A stretch of 64,000 bases of DNA from an uncultured cyanobacterium (GCA_963719515.1 CAVRCJ010000006.1:32001-96000), one strand, 5' to 3'; positions 51,609-63,284 are shown, counted from the first letter of the stretch. Made by a program: numbers and translations. Notes: generated by a model not told the origin, from the letters alone.

Positions 51609-51686
51609 CTAAGACCGGGCGATCGCATTCCCAACGCATGATTCAATAGGAGAAACCGCTTAACGACCGCCTTATTAGAATTCCTT

Positions 51687-52244
51687 ATGACCACCGGACA
51701 AGAGCCCGCAGAACTCCTTCAAAATCGCCTTTTTTACCAAGGCCGAAAGTTTAATTACGAAGTCAATCGACTGCGATTGCCCAACGGTGTAGAAGGAGAA
51801 TGGGAATGTATTCGCCATCCCGGCGGCGCTGTTGCGGTACCTCTCACCGCCGACGGTCAACTTGTGCTCGTGCGCCAGTATCGCTTCGCTGTCCAAGGGC
51901 GGTTGCTAGAGTTTCCCGCCGGGACAGTGGAAGTAGGCGAGACACCCGCCACCACAGTGAAGCGAGAAATTCAAGAAGAGACAGGATACCGCGCCCATAG
52001 GTGGCAGCCTCTAGGACAGTTCTATCTCGCACCGGGATATTCTGACGAGATTATCTATGCCTTTCTCGCCCAGGATTTGGAAAAGCTGAAGGTTCCGCCT
52101 GCCGGCGATGACGACGAAGATATTGAAGTGGTTCACATGACGCCTCGGGCCCTAGAGGACGCTATTCGCGAGGGTATCCCCGTGGACGCTAAATCAATCG
52201 CTTGCCTGATGATGGTCCGGAGCCTTTTAGACTCCGATCTATGA
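51687..52244 (+). CDS. NUDIX hydrolase (ADP-ribose pyrophosphatase-like)
   Basis: EFPAG...REIQEETG Nudix box; HPG. Confidence 0.92.
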   Translation: MTTGQEPAELLQNRLFYQGRKFNYEVNRLRLPNGVEGEWECIRHPGGAVAVPLTADGQLVLVRQYRFAVQGRLLEFPAGTVEVGETPATTVKREIQEETGYRAHRWQPLGQFYLAPGYSDEIIYAFLAQDLEKLKVPPAGDDDEDIEVVHMTPRALEDAIREGIPVDAKSIACLMMVRSLLDSDL

Positions 52245-52252
52245 CGTAAGCT

Positions 52253-54424
52253 CTAAACTCTCTCCGGAAAGCTGGGGATAGTTTCCGGCGGAGAATACTG
52301 GTAGTACTGATAGGTCTTGTCGTTGGTCAACTTCGAGCCGTTTGCTACCATACCAACAATAGGAATTTTAGCGGTATAGAGTTCGCCAAAAGCAGATTCT
52401 AGTTCTGAGAACTTCGCTTGACCTAGCCCTGCTGTCAACAGGACTCCTTGAGTTTTGGCCGCCACGATCAAAGCATCGGCAAACCCGAGAATAGGAGGGG
52501 TGTCGAAGATGACCATATCGAATTCTTTATAGACGCGCTTGAAGAATTCGTCCATGCGCGGAGTCGATAGAGTTCTACTTGGGTTTGGCGGAACTGGTCC
52601 CGAGGTGATGATAAATAAGTTCTCATCTGTGTAGGAGCGGACTAAAATATCCTCTAGCTCAAACTCGCCCGTGGCGTAGCTCGACAAACCCTTATCATTT
52701 GAAAGATTACAGAATTTGTGTAAGGTAGGTCGCCTCAAATCGGCATCCACGAGTAGGGTTCGCTGTCCCATCGACGCAATGGTGTGAGCGAGGTAAAAGC
52801 TGACGGTGCTCTTCCCAGAATTTGGGGTGGCGGAGCCAACGGTCAGCGCCTTAATAGAATTGTCTGGGTTACTGAGGTGAATATTGGTCGACAGTATCCG
52901 AAACGCTTCTGAGAAAGGCTGTGGAAGCGTATTTTGACTGTGACCGTTGCTGCCTAGGGAATGGCCATTAAGCCCATTTGTAGTCGAGTAAGCTGCGGAT
53001 AAGACCGGAAGTGGACCGTCACCCAACATCGGATTGTGGGGAATATCGCCAAGAATTGGAATGTTCGAGACTTCTTTAAGCTCTTTGACCGTATGAATTT
53101 TGCCGCTCATACGATCAATCAAGATTGCGGCCCCCGACCCTAAAATCAATCCTAGGAAAGTTCCTATGACCAGATTATTCTTCGGGTTGGCGAGAGCTGC
53201 TTTTGGATCCGTTGGTGGCGTTAGAATTTCCCACGGAACCTGTCGTTGAGCCGCATCGATTCGTAGCGCTTCGCGCTTGATCAAAAATTGATTTAGATTA
53301 TTGGTTGCAATCTCTAGGTCTCGCTGAATGTCGTTATACTGACGAGCTGCTGTAGACAGGCGTTTAATGCGCTCGTTCAGAACCCCGATATTTTTGCTTA
53401 GAGCCTGCTCCCGGTCGTTTAGCTCACGAATGCGGCTTGCCACCTCTTCTTGGACGCGAAAGCCTTCTCGCTCAAGCAGCGGCTCGAGGTTTTCCCGACG
53501 GTCTTCAATCACCCCGATTTCGGGGGTCCCTTCTAAATACAGCGACAGCTCGCCAGCTAGCTCACTATCGACTGCTAGAAGCTGGTTAATAAGCGCCTGA
53601 TAGCGATCGCTCTGCGAGAGTGCAGATGTTGCGGCCAGCTCTGGGCCCTGGGCGAGCTCCTGCCTCAAATTCTGATAGAGCTTCTCAGTTTGCTCTATCT
53701 CCACTCTAAGGTTGAGCTGCTCGTTAGTGAACGCGGCAGCCTGCTGTGTAATTTGCTCGCCTTCGAGAACTGGATCGATGAGGTTGTACTTCTGACGCAG
53801 ACTCTCTAAGTTTGCTTCTAGCTGGTCGACCTGCGCTTTAACAAAGGGCAGCTGCTCATCAACAAAGTCGATGCCCCGAGAAATGTCGTTCTGTCGGTCT
53901 TCCAGGCTATATCTCAAGTAAGCCGTTGAGACAAACTCCAAAACGTCAGCCACTTCACTTGATGTATCACCCTGATATTCAACGGTCAGAACTTTACCCG
54001 TATCGTTGGGTGAGATCTTCAAGCCGCGAATGACCTTCGCGTAGGTAATATTGGGGTAAATCCTCTGAAGCTCTTCAACAATAGGCTCCATAAGTCGAGG
54101 GCTTTTCAGAATCTTTACCTGTGTTTCATCAACCGTAATGCTAACGACGTCAGACTGATTGCTAAGGGCCTCTGGACTCAGAGTAGAGATAATTTCAGTT
54201 TCTAGCGTGACTGGCGGTGTAAGTAGCTCAAAACCGGCCTGGTAGGTCGGCGTATCTGTCACGGCTTTGAGAACAGCTGCGGAAGCCGTTAGGGCTGTTA
54301 TCCCAACAATCCACAATACCTGACGCCTCAGGGATGCGGCTAATAGATCTAGCCTGAGACCTCCTTCCTGGTCTTGCTCTTGAGGAAGCACTCCTGCTGC
54401 CGGTAAGTTAAGTTCAGATGCCAT
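52253..54424 (-). CDS. wzc: Polysaccharide co-polymerase / tyrosine kinase (Wzc/GumC)
   Basis: Two TM + coiled coil; SATPNSGKST, DADLRRP, DTPP, YQYYQY tail. Confidence 0.92.
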   Translation of the reverse strand: MASELNLPAAGVLPQEQDQEGGLRLDLLAASLRRQVLWIVGITALTASAAVLKAVTDTPTYQAGFELLTPPVTLETEIISTLSPEALSNQSDVVSITVDETQVKILKSPRLMEPIVEELQRIYPNITYAKVIRGLKISPNDTGKVLTVEYQGDTSSEVADVLEFVSTAYLRYSLEDRQNDISRGIDFVDEQLPFVKAQVDQLEANLESLRQKYNLIDPVLEGEQITQQAAAFTNEQLNLRVEIEQTEKLYQNLRQELAQGPELAATSALSQSDRYQALINQLLAVDSELAGELSLYLEGTPEIGVIEDRRENLEPLLEREGFRVQEEVASRIRELNDREQALSKNIGVLNERIKRLSTAARQYNDIQRDLEIATNNLNQFLIKREALRIDAAQRQVPWEILTPPTDPKAALANPKNNLVIGTFLGLILGSGAAILIDRMSGKIHTVKELKEVSNIPILGDIPHNPMLGDGPLPVLSAAYSTTNGLNGHSLGSNGHSQNTLPQPFSEAFRILSTNIHLSNPDNSIKALTVGSATPNSGKSTVSFYLAHTIASMGQRTLLVDADLRRPTLHKFCNLSNDKGLSSYATGEFELEDILVRSYTDENLFIITSGPVPPNPSRTLSTPRMDEFFKRVYKEFDMVIFDTPPILGFADALIVAAKTQGVLLTAGLGQAKFSELESAFGELYTAKIPIVGMVANGSKLTNDKTYQYYQYSPPETIPSFPERV

Positions 54425-54500
54425 TCAGATTTCCTTAATGCCTACTAGACTGCCACAAAATCTACGGGTCTTACCCACGGTACTAATCTAATACAGGCTG

Positions 54501-55943
54501 CTAGTCAAAGACTCTAAATAACTGACTGGGCAAGGTGAATATCGATAAAGCTCGGCTTAATGGTGTCAAAACACCATCAAGAGCATCCCCAATACTAGCT
54601 GTTGCCGAGCGCTTGACTACGATAACGTCGTTGTTTCGTAGAAGCGGGTTCATTGCTTCGTCAATACCCTCGCTAAAGTCAATGCTGATGGAGCGCTGGG
54701 TTGCTGTACCATCCAAGTTTAACCGAATCAGCTCGACTTGCCCTCGCCTCGCTCGATTGTTGAATCCTCCGGCTGCGAGTAGTCCTTGACTGAGCGGTGT
54801 GTTGGGCGGCACTTCCACAACACCGGGTTGATCGACTTCCCCCACCACGTTGACTCTAATCGTATCTGGAGAAAAGCTGGCTGCCGCGATTTCGGACAGT
54901 TCTTCGGTCAGCACTTCACTTGCTTTGGGAACGAAAACCGTATCTCCCTCCTGCAGAGTGATATCTTCGATGAGGTCACCTTCCTTCAAAAGCTGCCAAA
55001 GGTTTACGCCGATTGTCTGTTCTCCGCCGTTGCGCGTTCTGCGATAGACCGCGATCTGCCGAATATTTGCCTCAGGCTTGATCCCGCCAGCAACCTGAAT
55101 AGCCCGAGTTACGGTCGGCGGCAGACCTGCCGCGCCTGCTCCACCGGGTATACCTGCATCTCCAGTACGAGCGGTGCCCGTAACGGTATAAGGCCCTGGC
55201 CGAAAAACTTCACCTACGACCGCAATGTTAAGAGGCCGGCTTTCGGCTGCTGCAAAGCTGGACGCCGCAATCTGAGCCGATTCTTGCGCGTCAAAGCCGT
55301 CTCGCGTCGGAACGAAAATAGTGTCCCCATCCCTCAGCATTATGTTTTGTTGGAGATTGCCGGTTGTGAGAAACTGCCAAAGATTGGCGGTAATCACTTG
55401 ACCATCTGGGCCTACAGAGCGCTGAACAGTAATCTGGCGTAGGTTCGCAGACTGGGTAACGCCGCCTGCAGCCTCTAGAGCCCCAACCAAAGAAGGGAAC
55501 TGATTGCCTTCTCGCTGTATGGTGTATGCTCCTGGGCTAAACACCTCACCGGCCACAGCGATTCTCAGAGCTCTAGGGTTGGTCAGAAGAACAGTAATGA
55601 TTGGTCGGCGCAGTCTTGACGCGTAGGCCTGCGAAATCGCAGCTTCGGCTTGCTCAATCGTGAGTCCGGCAACGTATACTTGACCAACGGCGGGTAAGCT
55701 GAGCGTACCGCTAGCCAAAACTTCATAGCTGCCACTGTAGTCTGGAATTCGGAAGACGTTGATTTGAAGCTGATCGCCCGCTCCTAAAATGTAATTGCCC
55801 GGCGGCTGACGCGTCGCTGCAGAGTTGTCAGAGCTTCCCGTAGGAAGTGGTGCCGACGACTGAGCTAGTGCAATCGGCTGGGGCAAGCTCGATAGCAGAA
55901 GCAGCGATGTTAGGCAAAACTGAGCGCAACGATTCAGTGTCAT
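54501..55943 (-). CDS. wza: Polysaccharide export protein with SLBB domains (Wza/OPX)
   Basis: YILGAGDQL, repeated VxGEV..PG SLBB units. Confidence 0.92.
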   Translation of the reverse strand: MTLNRCAQFCLTSLLLLSSLPQPIALAQSSAPLPTGSSDNSAATRQPPGNYILGAGDQLQINVFRIPDYSGSYEVLASGTLSLPAVGQVYVAGLTIEQAEAAISQAYASRLRRPIITVLLTNPRALRIAVAGEVFSPGAYTIQREGNQFPSLVGALEAAGGVTQSANLRQITVQRSVGPDGQVITANLWQFLTTGNLQQNIMLRDGDTIFVPTRDGFDAQESAQIAASSFAAAESRPLNIAVVGEVFRPGPYTVTGTARTGDAGIPGGAGAAGLPPTVTRAIQVAGGIKPEANIRQIAVYRRTRNGGEQTIGVNLWQLLKEGDLIEDITLQEGDTVFVPKASEVLTEELSEIAAASFSPDTIRVNVVGEVDQPGVVEVPPNTPLSQGLLAAGGFNNRARRGQVELIRLNLDGTATQRSISIDFSEGIDEAMNPLLRNNDVIVVKRSATASIGDALDGVLTPLSRALSIFTLPSQLFRVFD

Positions 55944-56084
55944 AGCAGTAAGGTGAGGCGGACTGTCTAAATCAATATCTTCTCAAGGATGGGGTCTACA
56001 TCCGGCTCTATTTTGACTTCGAAGAGCAAACTTGATGATTATGTTAGTCTACTTGTTCTATTCCACACGGCTAGTTACTGTAGA

Positions 56085-56870
56085 CTACCCTCTCGATGAA
56101 CTGTGCGATCGCCGCTGTTGCACAGACCGCTGCATAATCTGCTGAAGCGCCAACCACATAAAAGGCGGAATGGTTTGAAAATATCGTTTCCACAACCTTT
56201 TAGGTTCTTGCTTGAGTCTGTATAACCATTCCAGCCCCCCGTATCGTACCCACTTGGGAGCCCATTTTTGCACTCCAGCATAGACTGGAAATACTGCTCC
56301 AACGCCAACCATGACCGACTGCACATCACCCTTATGCTTCATCATCCAGTATTCTTGCTTAGGGCAGCCCAAAGAAACAAAAGTCAGGCCCGCACCGCTG
56401 CGGTTGATGCGCTCGATCAGCTCAGCATCCTCCGTATCGGTTAGGGGGCGAAACGGCGGCGACTCAGTGCCTGCGAGCTCAAGCCCTGGAAATTCTTGCT
56501 TAAGCTTGCCCTCCATTTTCTCTAGAACGTCTGGGGTGGAGCCTAGGAGATAGAGTGAAACGTTCTCTCTTTCGCAGCGCTCACAGACCGCCAAGAATAT
56601 GTCCATACCCGCCACCCGCTCTTGATCTCGTACTCCAAGAGCTTTCATAACCCATACGATGGGCATGCCGTCAGGAGTATTTATGTCTGATGTCTCAAGG
56701 ATTCGACGTAGGGCTGGATTCCAGTGGGATTCCATCACCATGTGAACGTTGGTGACACAGACCACTCGACTAGAGTTTTGCTGAGCCCACGAAAGCATTG
56801 ACGCGATTTGCTCTTTAAAGGGAAGCGCCGTTACGGGTGTACGCACAACGTCGATTTGGGGTAAATTCAT
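56085..56870 (-). CDS. WecB/TagA/CpsF glycosyltransferase
   Basis: PDGMPIVW, SLGCPKQE, GLEWLYRL.QEPKRLWKRY. Confidence 0.93.
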   Translation of the reverse strand: MNLPQIDVVRTPVTALPFKEQIASMLSWAQQNSSRVVCVTNVHMVMESHWNPALRRILETSDINTPDGMPIVWVMKALGVRDQERVAGMDIFLAVCERCERENVSLYLLGSTPDVLEKMEGKLKQEFPGLELAGTESPPFRPLTDTEDAELIERINRSGAGLTFVSLGCPKQEYWMMKHKGDVQSVMVGVGAVFPVYAGVQKWAPKWVRYGGLEWLYRLKQEPKRLWKRYFQTIPPFMWLALQQIMQRSVQQRRSHSSSRG

Positions 56871-57799
56871 AAGTACAAAGTTAAGTTGATTCTTCTATTG
56901 GGAGGATGGCTTCTGCAGAGTATAGCTAAGCAATTGTGCCTGATTTCGTATTGGCCGTAGCTATCAATTGATGGAGACGTTGAGATGATGCAGCATCCCA
57001 TTGATCTGTATATTGCCTTCAAGTAAGCCGCCCTTACGAAAAGCTCTCGTAATAAAATTCCGTAAAGAGTAAAGGAGATATGAAATAGCTTTAGATAGCA
57101 TCGCTAGAGGGGAAGAAATAGAGCACTTCCCGAGCGACTTTACCCGCACGCCTAGCACGCTTGTGACTTTCGAGAGGAAGCGTAGAGCACCAAAACAGGG
57201 GAGAAGAAGGTATGTCTCATAGCTCAGTATAGCCTCCGTAATAGTTTTTCCGTAAGGAATACTACAGGGGTTCACGAAAAATTTATAATTTACTTCACGA
57301 GTTCTACATGCGCTAATGTAGCGGAAGTAATTTACAATGGCCGCACATCCCTTGCGCGACATGGGTTCAGCATGAGATACTCAGCTACACTATCCGTTGA
57401 AAAATAAGGCTAAGCTACAGCTTGGCATCTATTGACACCTTCCTAATTTTCATTTGCCTTCTAAAGTTTCACTAAAGCTTTACCAAATGTTAAGGTCCGG
57501 AGTGAGTAGCTGCAGATTTGATGAGCTAGCATGGCGGAAGGTTATCTCAGCGCACAGGAACTGAAGCCAGGCAATTGTATAGAGAACATAGACAACATGT
57601 TGGACAGCTTCTAGCTTCAACGTTTTGGCAGCAGCTGAAATACGCGGTTTATCAATACAAATTATAGGTACTATCTGACGAACTTTCGCGCACAAAACTT
57701 TAGTCGGGCGCGTAAGACTTGAATGTAATAGGTTTTTTTAGTATACCCTCTTGAGCGCTGAATGCGATCGACCTGAGTTTTGTTATTGTTATTACCTAT

Positions 57800-59614
57800 A
57801 TGCTCAAACAACTATCAAAATTTTTCTATATTGTCTCCGAAACAAGAAGAAAGCTCCTTTTGCTTTTACTGATGGCAGCTCTAACATCAGTTTTGGAGGC
57901 ATTTGGTGTGGGTTTGATCGGTCCATTCATCGCAATAGCCTCAAACCCTAGCTCAATCGGTGATATTCCAATTCTGAATTCAGTCTATGCAACGCTTGGA
58001 TTTAGATCTTACGAAGACTTTGTCGTTGCACTAGGGCTGTTTACGATTGCAGCTTTCTGTGTCAAGTCAGTTGCATATGTCGTTACAAACGCCTACGTAT
58101 TTAAAGTTACCTTTGGCCAGAAGAAAGCACTGGTATCGCGGATGATGAGTGCTTACTTGTCAGCTCCCTATGTATTCTTCTTGAAGAAGAATACTTCTAG
58201 CATTGTCCAAAAAATATCGATTGAAACGACGACTTTCTCGCAAGACTACATGATGTCGCTTCTGATGGCAGTGGTCAACTTTATCACTATTATCCTCTTG
58301 CTAGGACTGCTTGCCAAAACCAATCCGGTTTTCTTAATGGGGATTCTGGGAGTCATTCTGCTTATTTTGATAGCCTTTCAGCTTTTGAGTTCTCGATTCA
58401 AGCGCTGGGGTCGTATGAGGACTGAAGCGGATCAGAATATGATTCGCTCTGTAAACCACAGTCTGGGAGGTCTTAAAGAGACGCGCGTTATCGGTTGCGA
58501 ATCTTATTTCGAAGAGCAAATCTTAGCCTATGGAAACCAGTGGGCTAGAGCGGTGACTCTCTTCCGAAGCTCCAAAATGGTGTTTCCGGTCATCGTACAG
58601 ACTAGTTTGATTGTGACCGTCATTGGATATATATGCGGATCTTTGGTTTTCGCAGATCAAGGGCTAGAGAGTATAACATCCGTCATGGCAGTCTTTGTAG
58701 CAGCGTCGTTAAGATTGGTTCCGTCGGTTAATCAATTTGTAAATTCAATTGGAAGCCTCGTCAACTCTAGTCACATCCTGGACATCATATATCTAGACTT
58801 AAAGGAAATAGAAAGTCTGAATAGCATTAAAAACAGCCAATACAAAGATGATTTATCGCAGGCTCTTGAAGAAAATCCGTCCTTTAAATCAAACTCAGAT
58901 GCCAATCTAAATTTTAGGAAGAGTGTTGAGCTTCAAAACGTATCTTACAAGTATCCCAGTTCATCCGAGCCCGCAGTCAAAGACATTTCTTTGAGCATAA
59001 AGAAAGGTGAGTCGGTTGCACTGATTGGCAAATCTGGAGCAGGGAAGACAACCCTAGTAGACATCATCTTGGGTTTGCTTAAACCCCAAGACGGCGATAT
59101 CCGCGTTGATGGCGTCTCTGTTTACTCAGACTTGCGCTCTTGGCAAGGTCTTGTTGGCTACATTCCTCAATCCATCTTTTTAATGGATGACACAATTGAG
59201 CGCAACATCGCCTTTGGCGTCCCTGACCATCTAATTGAGCACGAGAAACTTCACAAGGCGATAGAATCGGCTCAACTCAATGATTTGATAGAGAGCTTAC
59301 CGGATGGCATAAGTTCTCAGATGGGAGAGCGTGGCATTCGACTCTCTGGAGGGCAGCGCCAGCGTATCGGTATCGCTCGTGCTTTATATCACGAAAGAGA
59401 AATTTTAGTGCTCGACGAAGCAACTGCAGCTCTCGACAATGAGACAGAGAGGTTGGTGACCGAATCAATAAATGCTTTGGCAGGGAAAAAAACGCTGATT
59501 ATTATCGCTCATCGTCTTTCGACTATTAAACAGTGCGATCGCGTTTTTGAGCTCGGGAATGGAAAACTTATAAATTCTGGCACTTATAGCGAAGTTGTTA
59601 AGAATACCGTCTAA
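57800..59614 (+). CDS. ABC exporter (TM + ATPase, HepA/PglK-like)
   Basis: GKSGAGKTT, LSGGQRQR, LDEATAALD. Confidence 0.92.
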   Translation: MLKQLSKFFYIVSETRRKLLLLLLMAALTSVLEAFGVGLIGPFIAIASNPSSIGDIPILNSVYATLGFRSYEDFVVALGLFTIAAFCVKSVAYVVTNAYVFKVTFGQKKALVSRMMSAYLSAPYVFFLKKNTSSIVQKISIETTTFSQDYMMSLLMAVVNFITIILLLGLLAKTNPVFLMGILGVILLILIAFQLLSSRFKRWGRMRTEADQNMIRSVNHSLGGLKETRVIGCESYFEEQILAYGNQWARAVTLFRSSKMVFPVIVQTSLIVTVIGYICGSLVFADQGLESITSVMAVFVAASLRLVPSVNQFVNSIGSLVNSSHILDIIYLDLKEIESLNSIKNSQYKDDLSQALEENPSFKSNSDANLNFRKSVELQNVSYKYPSSSEPAVKDISLSIKKGESVALIGKSGAGKTTLVDIILGLLKPQDGDIRVDGVSVYSDLRSWQGLVGYIPQSIFLMDDTIERNIAFGVPDHLIEHEKLHKAIESAQLNDLIESLPDGISSQMGERGIRLSGGQRQRIGIARALYHEREILVLDEATAALDNETERLVTESINALAGKKTLIIIAHRLSTIKQCDRVFELGNGKLINSGTYSEVVKNTV

Positions 59615-59659
59615 TTCTGAGCTTATGGAAATCTTTATGTCTTCTGGGAGTTGAACTAT

Positions 59660-60553
59660 ATGGTAATGCCAAACTTTATCATAATTGGCGCTGCTAAAGC
59701 TGGAACAAGCTCACTCCACTATTATCTTAGACAGCACCCTCAAATATTCATGCCCTTCTTAAAAGAGACAAACTTTTTTGCTTTGGAAGGAGAAGAGCTC
59801 AACTTCAAAAATCCTGATCAAGCTATCAATCAAAATTCGATAACAACTATAGAAGATTACCAGAAACTATTCGAGAGCGCAGCGCATGAAACCGCCATTG
59901 GAGAAGCATCGCCGCTATACTTTTATTCTAAGAAAGCCGCAAAGGCAATCAAACATTATATCCCAGACGCGAAGCTGATTCTAATTCTTCGAAATCCTAT
60001 AGATAGAGCCTTTTCTTGCTATACTCATTTGCTTCGTGAGGGTTACGAAACACTTTCTTTTGAGGATAGTTTGCTCATAGAGGATCAGAGAATTAATGAA
60101 AACTGGGCACATCTTTGGCATTATACCAAAGGCGGATTTTACTATGACCAGCTCAAGGCGTATTACGATCTTTTTGAGGAAGACAAAATCGGAATATTTC
60201 TTTTTGAGGATTTTTGCAAGAGTTCCATCACAGTTCTGAGCGATATTTTCGATTTCTTAGGTGTGGATGATACGCATAAACTTGACCTAACCAAGCAAAA
60301 TGTTTCTGGAATGCCTAAAAGCATGATTCTTCAAAAGTTTTTCACCAGAAAAAATTTTGCAAGATCAGCTTTGCAAACAATTATTCCTAATAAGATTCGA
60401 AGTAATGCTGCTCAAAATATAAAGAAGTGGAACTTGGGCAAAAAGCCAACTTTGGCATCGGAAACAAGAGATTCTCTTAAGGAAGTGTATAAAGAAGATA
60501 TTTTGAAGCTTCAAGGCCTTGCTAATAGAGATTTTTCGAGCTGGCTTAATTAA
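59660..60553 (+). CDS. Sulfotransferase
   Basis: PAPS motifs GAAKAGTSSL and LRNPIDRAFS. Confidence 0.92.
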   Translation: MVMPNFIIIGAAKAGTSSLHYYLRQHPQIFMPFLKETNFFALEGEELNFKNPDQAINQNSITTIEDYQKLFESAAHETAIGEASPLYFYSKKAAKAIKHYIPDAKLILILRNPIDRAFSCYTHLLREGYETLSFEDSLLIEDQRINENWAHLWHYTKGGFYYDQLKAYYDLFEEDKIGIFLFEDFCKSSITVLSDIFDFLGVDDTHKLDLTKQNVSGMPKSMILQKFFTRKNFARSALQTIIPNKIRSNAAQNIKKWNLGKKPTLASETRDSLKEVYKEDILKLQGLANRDFSSWLN

Positions 60554-61216
60554 ATGTATGAGCTTAAGCAAGTTTTATACTCTTCGGAAAATTGGGCTCG
60601 GAGTTTTACAGGAAAGTCTTACTGATTACGTTTTGCTGAGCGCGCCAATATGTTTACCTTCATCAAACTTGAGAGGGATTAGTTCGAAAGAAGTTGTTTT
60701 GAAGATGGTGAACATTTAATTAGATATTTCCAATCAACTTAGGAAAATATTTAGCGCGTGATCGAACTAGAATCTTAATTCAGTAGAAAAAAGTATCATT
60801 AGAATTCAGAAAATTATGGCGATTTTGAACCCGTAAAAAAATGTATACTTCCAACCTTTTTTCGTCAAAGCCCTTGCTTGACACCCTGTCCGAAAGAACT
60901 AAAGGAAAACTGCTTTCCTTTTTAAGAATGACGTTCTTAGTCTTTAAGGATTGATAGACAGAGATTTGTTTCATTGGCTCTCGATATAGATCAACCGATT
61001 ATTGACGGCGTTAGTTTTATGAAAATAGGTAAAAGCTTGTTGCCGCAACGGTGCTTTTCTGTTTGTGTACGTCTTCTACTACTACTTTTCCTCAGCCGGT
61101 TGACCGAGCACTATAAAAGCTGTTTGTTTAGCTTTCGAGAAGAATCTCTAGTAGAAAATAAAGCTAATTGCATTAAATATCCGCAGAATTAGCGGTTTTA
61201 CTATAAAGGAATTAAG

Positions 61217-62101
61217 ATGCTTACATCAATACAAAAAAAATATGAACTTATCCGCTTAGCCGAACCAAAAACTATCCTCAGACGCTTATATGTGAAGCTA
61301 AATAGCGATTGGGAAGGGGAAGGCGGTTTTATAAAAAGGCTAATTGTCAATCACGACTTTCGCTTTATATACTGCCCAATATATAAGAATGCCTCCACAA
61401 GTATGATGGCCGCTTTGCTTGAACTATCAAAGACAAAAGCGATAGGAGAAGGACAGTTCTCGTCAGATGTATCTGTTCGCTCCTATATAAATTTGAACTA
61501 CAGTCTTGCCAATTATACAAAATTACAGGCGAAAGAGATTCTTGATAGCGACTACTTTAAGTTTACTATCGTCAGAAACCCTTGGGCTCGTCTAGTATCG
61601 ACTTATTCTAACTACTTTATTCGACTGCCTGCTGAGAAGAAAGTAATTTCAAAAATTGCGCAGAATGCTTCCAAGCACATTTACGGAGAGCATTTGTCTG
61701 CAGAGAAAAGCGACTCGATTACATTTGAGCAATACGTAGATTATGTTGTTTCAAAAAGCGACTCTCAGCTCGATCCACACAGCGGCTCTCAAAGCCAGTA
61801 TTTAGCTGGAATTCAATATGATTATGTAGCAAAATTGGAGACCCTAAAAGCTGATATAGAGTACATCAAGGAAAAGCTAAATCTTCCAATTACCATGGAG
61901 AAATTCAATAAAACATCTTATAAAAAATATATAAAATCTGACCCGCTAAGCGAAGATTATTCTACGCTTACTCCTAAGCAGCTTAGAAATTTGGAGAGTA
62001 AAATTCCTGCTTATCAACAGTTTTACACTTCGGAATTGGTTGAAGCAGTTAGGAACAGATATAATGACGACGTTACTCTCTTCAGCTACTCTTTTGAGTA
62101 A
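61217..62101 (+). CDS. Sulfotransferase family 2 (carbohydrate sulfotransferase-like)
   Basis: YCPIYKNASTS, FTIVRNPWARLVS.Y, Y..D..LFSY. Confidence 0.88.
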   Translation: MLTSIQKKYELIRLAEPKTILRRLYVKLNSDWEGEGGFIKRLIVNHDFRFIYCPIYKNASTSMMAALLELSKTKAIGEGQFSSDVSVRSYINLNYSLANYTKLQAKEILDSDYFKFTIVRNPWARLVSTYSNYFIRLPAEKKVISKIAQNASKHIYGEHLSAEKSDSITFEQYVDYVVSKSDSQLDPHSGSQSQYLAGIQYDYVAKLETLKADIEYIKEKLNLPITMEKFNKTSYKKYIKSDPLSEDYSTLTPKQLRNLESKIPAYQQFYTSELVEAVRNRYNDDVTLFSYSFE

Positions 62102-62213
62102 GTTCTATCGCTTGTCAGGAACTGTAGCCTAATAACTTCAAGCGGATACTACAAATACGTTTTGAAACATTTTAAATCAGCGGAAACAACTCAAGATTAA
62201 AGAGCAAGCAACA

Positions 62214-63284
62214 ATGCCAAGCAGTTGTAGAGTCCCCTGTTTCGTCAGTATCGTTATCAACAATTTTAACTACGATCGCTTTCTCTCTCAAGCGATTGAC
62301 AGTGCGTTGAACCAAACTAGTTCCTGCATTGAGGTTATTGTCGTAGATGACTGCTCCACAGATGACTCCCGAAAGATCATAGAGAGCTATGGCGATCGCA
62401 TTATTCCGGTTCTGCATCAAACCAACGGCAAACAGGGTGCCGCCTTCAACAGCGGCTTTGCGAAAAGCCAAGGAGATATTGTTCTATTCCTAGACGCTGA
62501 CGACTACCTTTACCCTCACGCAGTTGAACATATTGTCGCCGCCTGGACCCCAGAACTGTCTAAAGTTCACTTTCGTCTAGACGTCGTCAATGCTGATGGT
62601 GAACCTCGTGGATTCTCCTACCCACAGGGTGGCACCCTAGACACTGGAGACATCAGTCGATCTGTTCTGACCGTAGGAACCTACACCGGCGTACCGACAA
62701 GCGGCAATGCTCTGAGCCGCAAAATGCTTGAGCAGGTCATGCCAATTCCCCAGGAGTTCAATACAACTTCCGATGACTATCTCTCAGTGCTGATGCCGCT
62801 CTACGGAAAAGTTGCTGCCGTAGAAACGCCGCTTGGGTCATATCGCATTCATACCAGTAATCAATGGGCAATGTCGAACGTGACAAGCGATCGCTTTCAT
62901 CGCTTTATCCGTCATGATATCCAGCGCTGCGAACTTCTAAAGGTGAAGGGTCGTCAGCTTGGCTATACAGTCCCCGACGATCTAGAGACGCGCTTTTTTG
63001 GTCGAATATGGTCCCGTCTCTCTTCACTCAAATTCGATCCAGAGCACCATCCCTTACCGGGGGATCGGCCGCTGGAGCTTGCTGCCGCTGGTATCAAAGC
63101 CGTCTGGCGGTATTCTGACCACACGCTAAAAAAGCGACTTGTTTTCACCCTATGGTTTTTGTGGGTAGGCATCATGCCATCTTTTTTGGCCAAGCCAGCT
63201 ATTGTCTGGTTATTTGCCCCCCAGCTGCGCCCTAAGCCGCTTCATTGGACCTTGGCAAAGCTGCGTACATTCACAAGCGCATAA
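62214..63284 (+). CDS. Glycosyltransferase family 2
   Basis: VSIVINNFNY, VDDCSTD, FLDADD. Confidence 0.93.
   Translation: MPSSCRVPCFVSIVINNFNYDRFLSQAIDSALNQTSSCIEVIVVDDCSTDDSRKIIESYGDRIIPVLHQTNGKQGAAFNSGFAKSQGDIVLFLDADDYLYPHAVEHIVAAWTPELSKVHFRLDVVNADGEPRGFSYPQGGTLDTGDISRSVLTVGTYTGVPTSGNALSRKMLEQVMPIPQEFNTTSDDYLSVLMPLYGKVAAVETPLGSYRIHTSNQWAMSNVTSDRFHRFIRHDIQRCELLKVKGRQLGYTVPDDLETRFFGRIWSRLSSLKFDPEHHPLPGDRPLELAAAGIKAVWRYSDHTLKKRLVFTLWFLWVGIMPSFLAKPAIVWLFAPQLRPKPLHWTLAKLRTFTSA

Noticed and set aside
56964..57695. ORFs 56964-57362 and 57480-57695 as genes
   Set aside because: No recognisable motifs; they lie in the divergent promoter region of the EPS cluster
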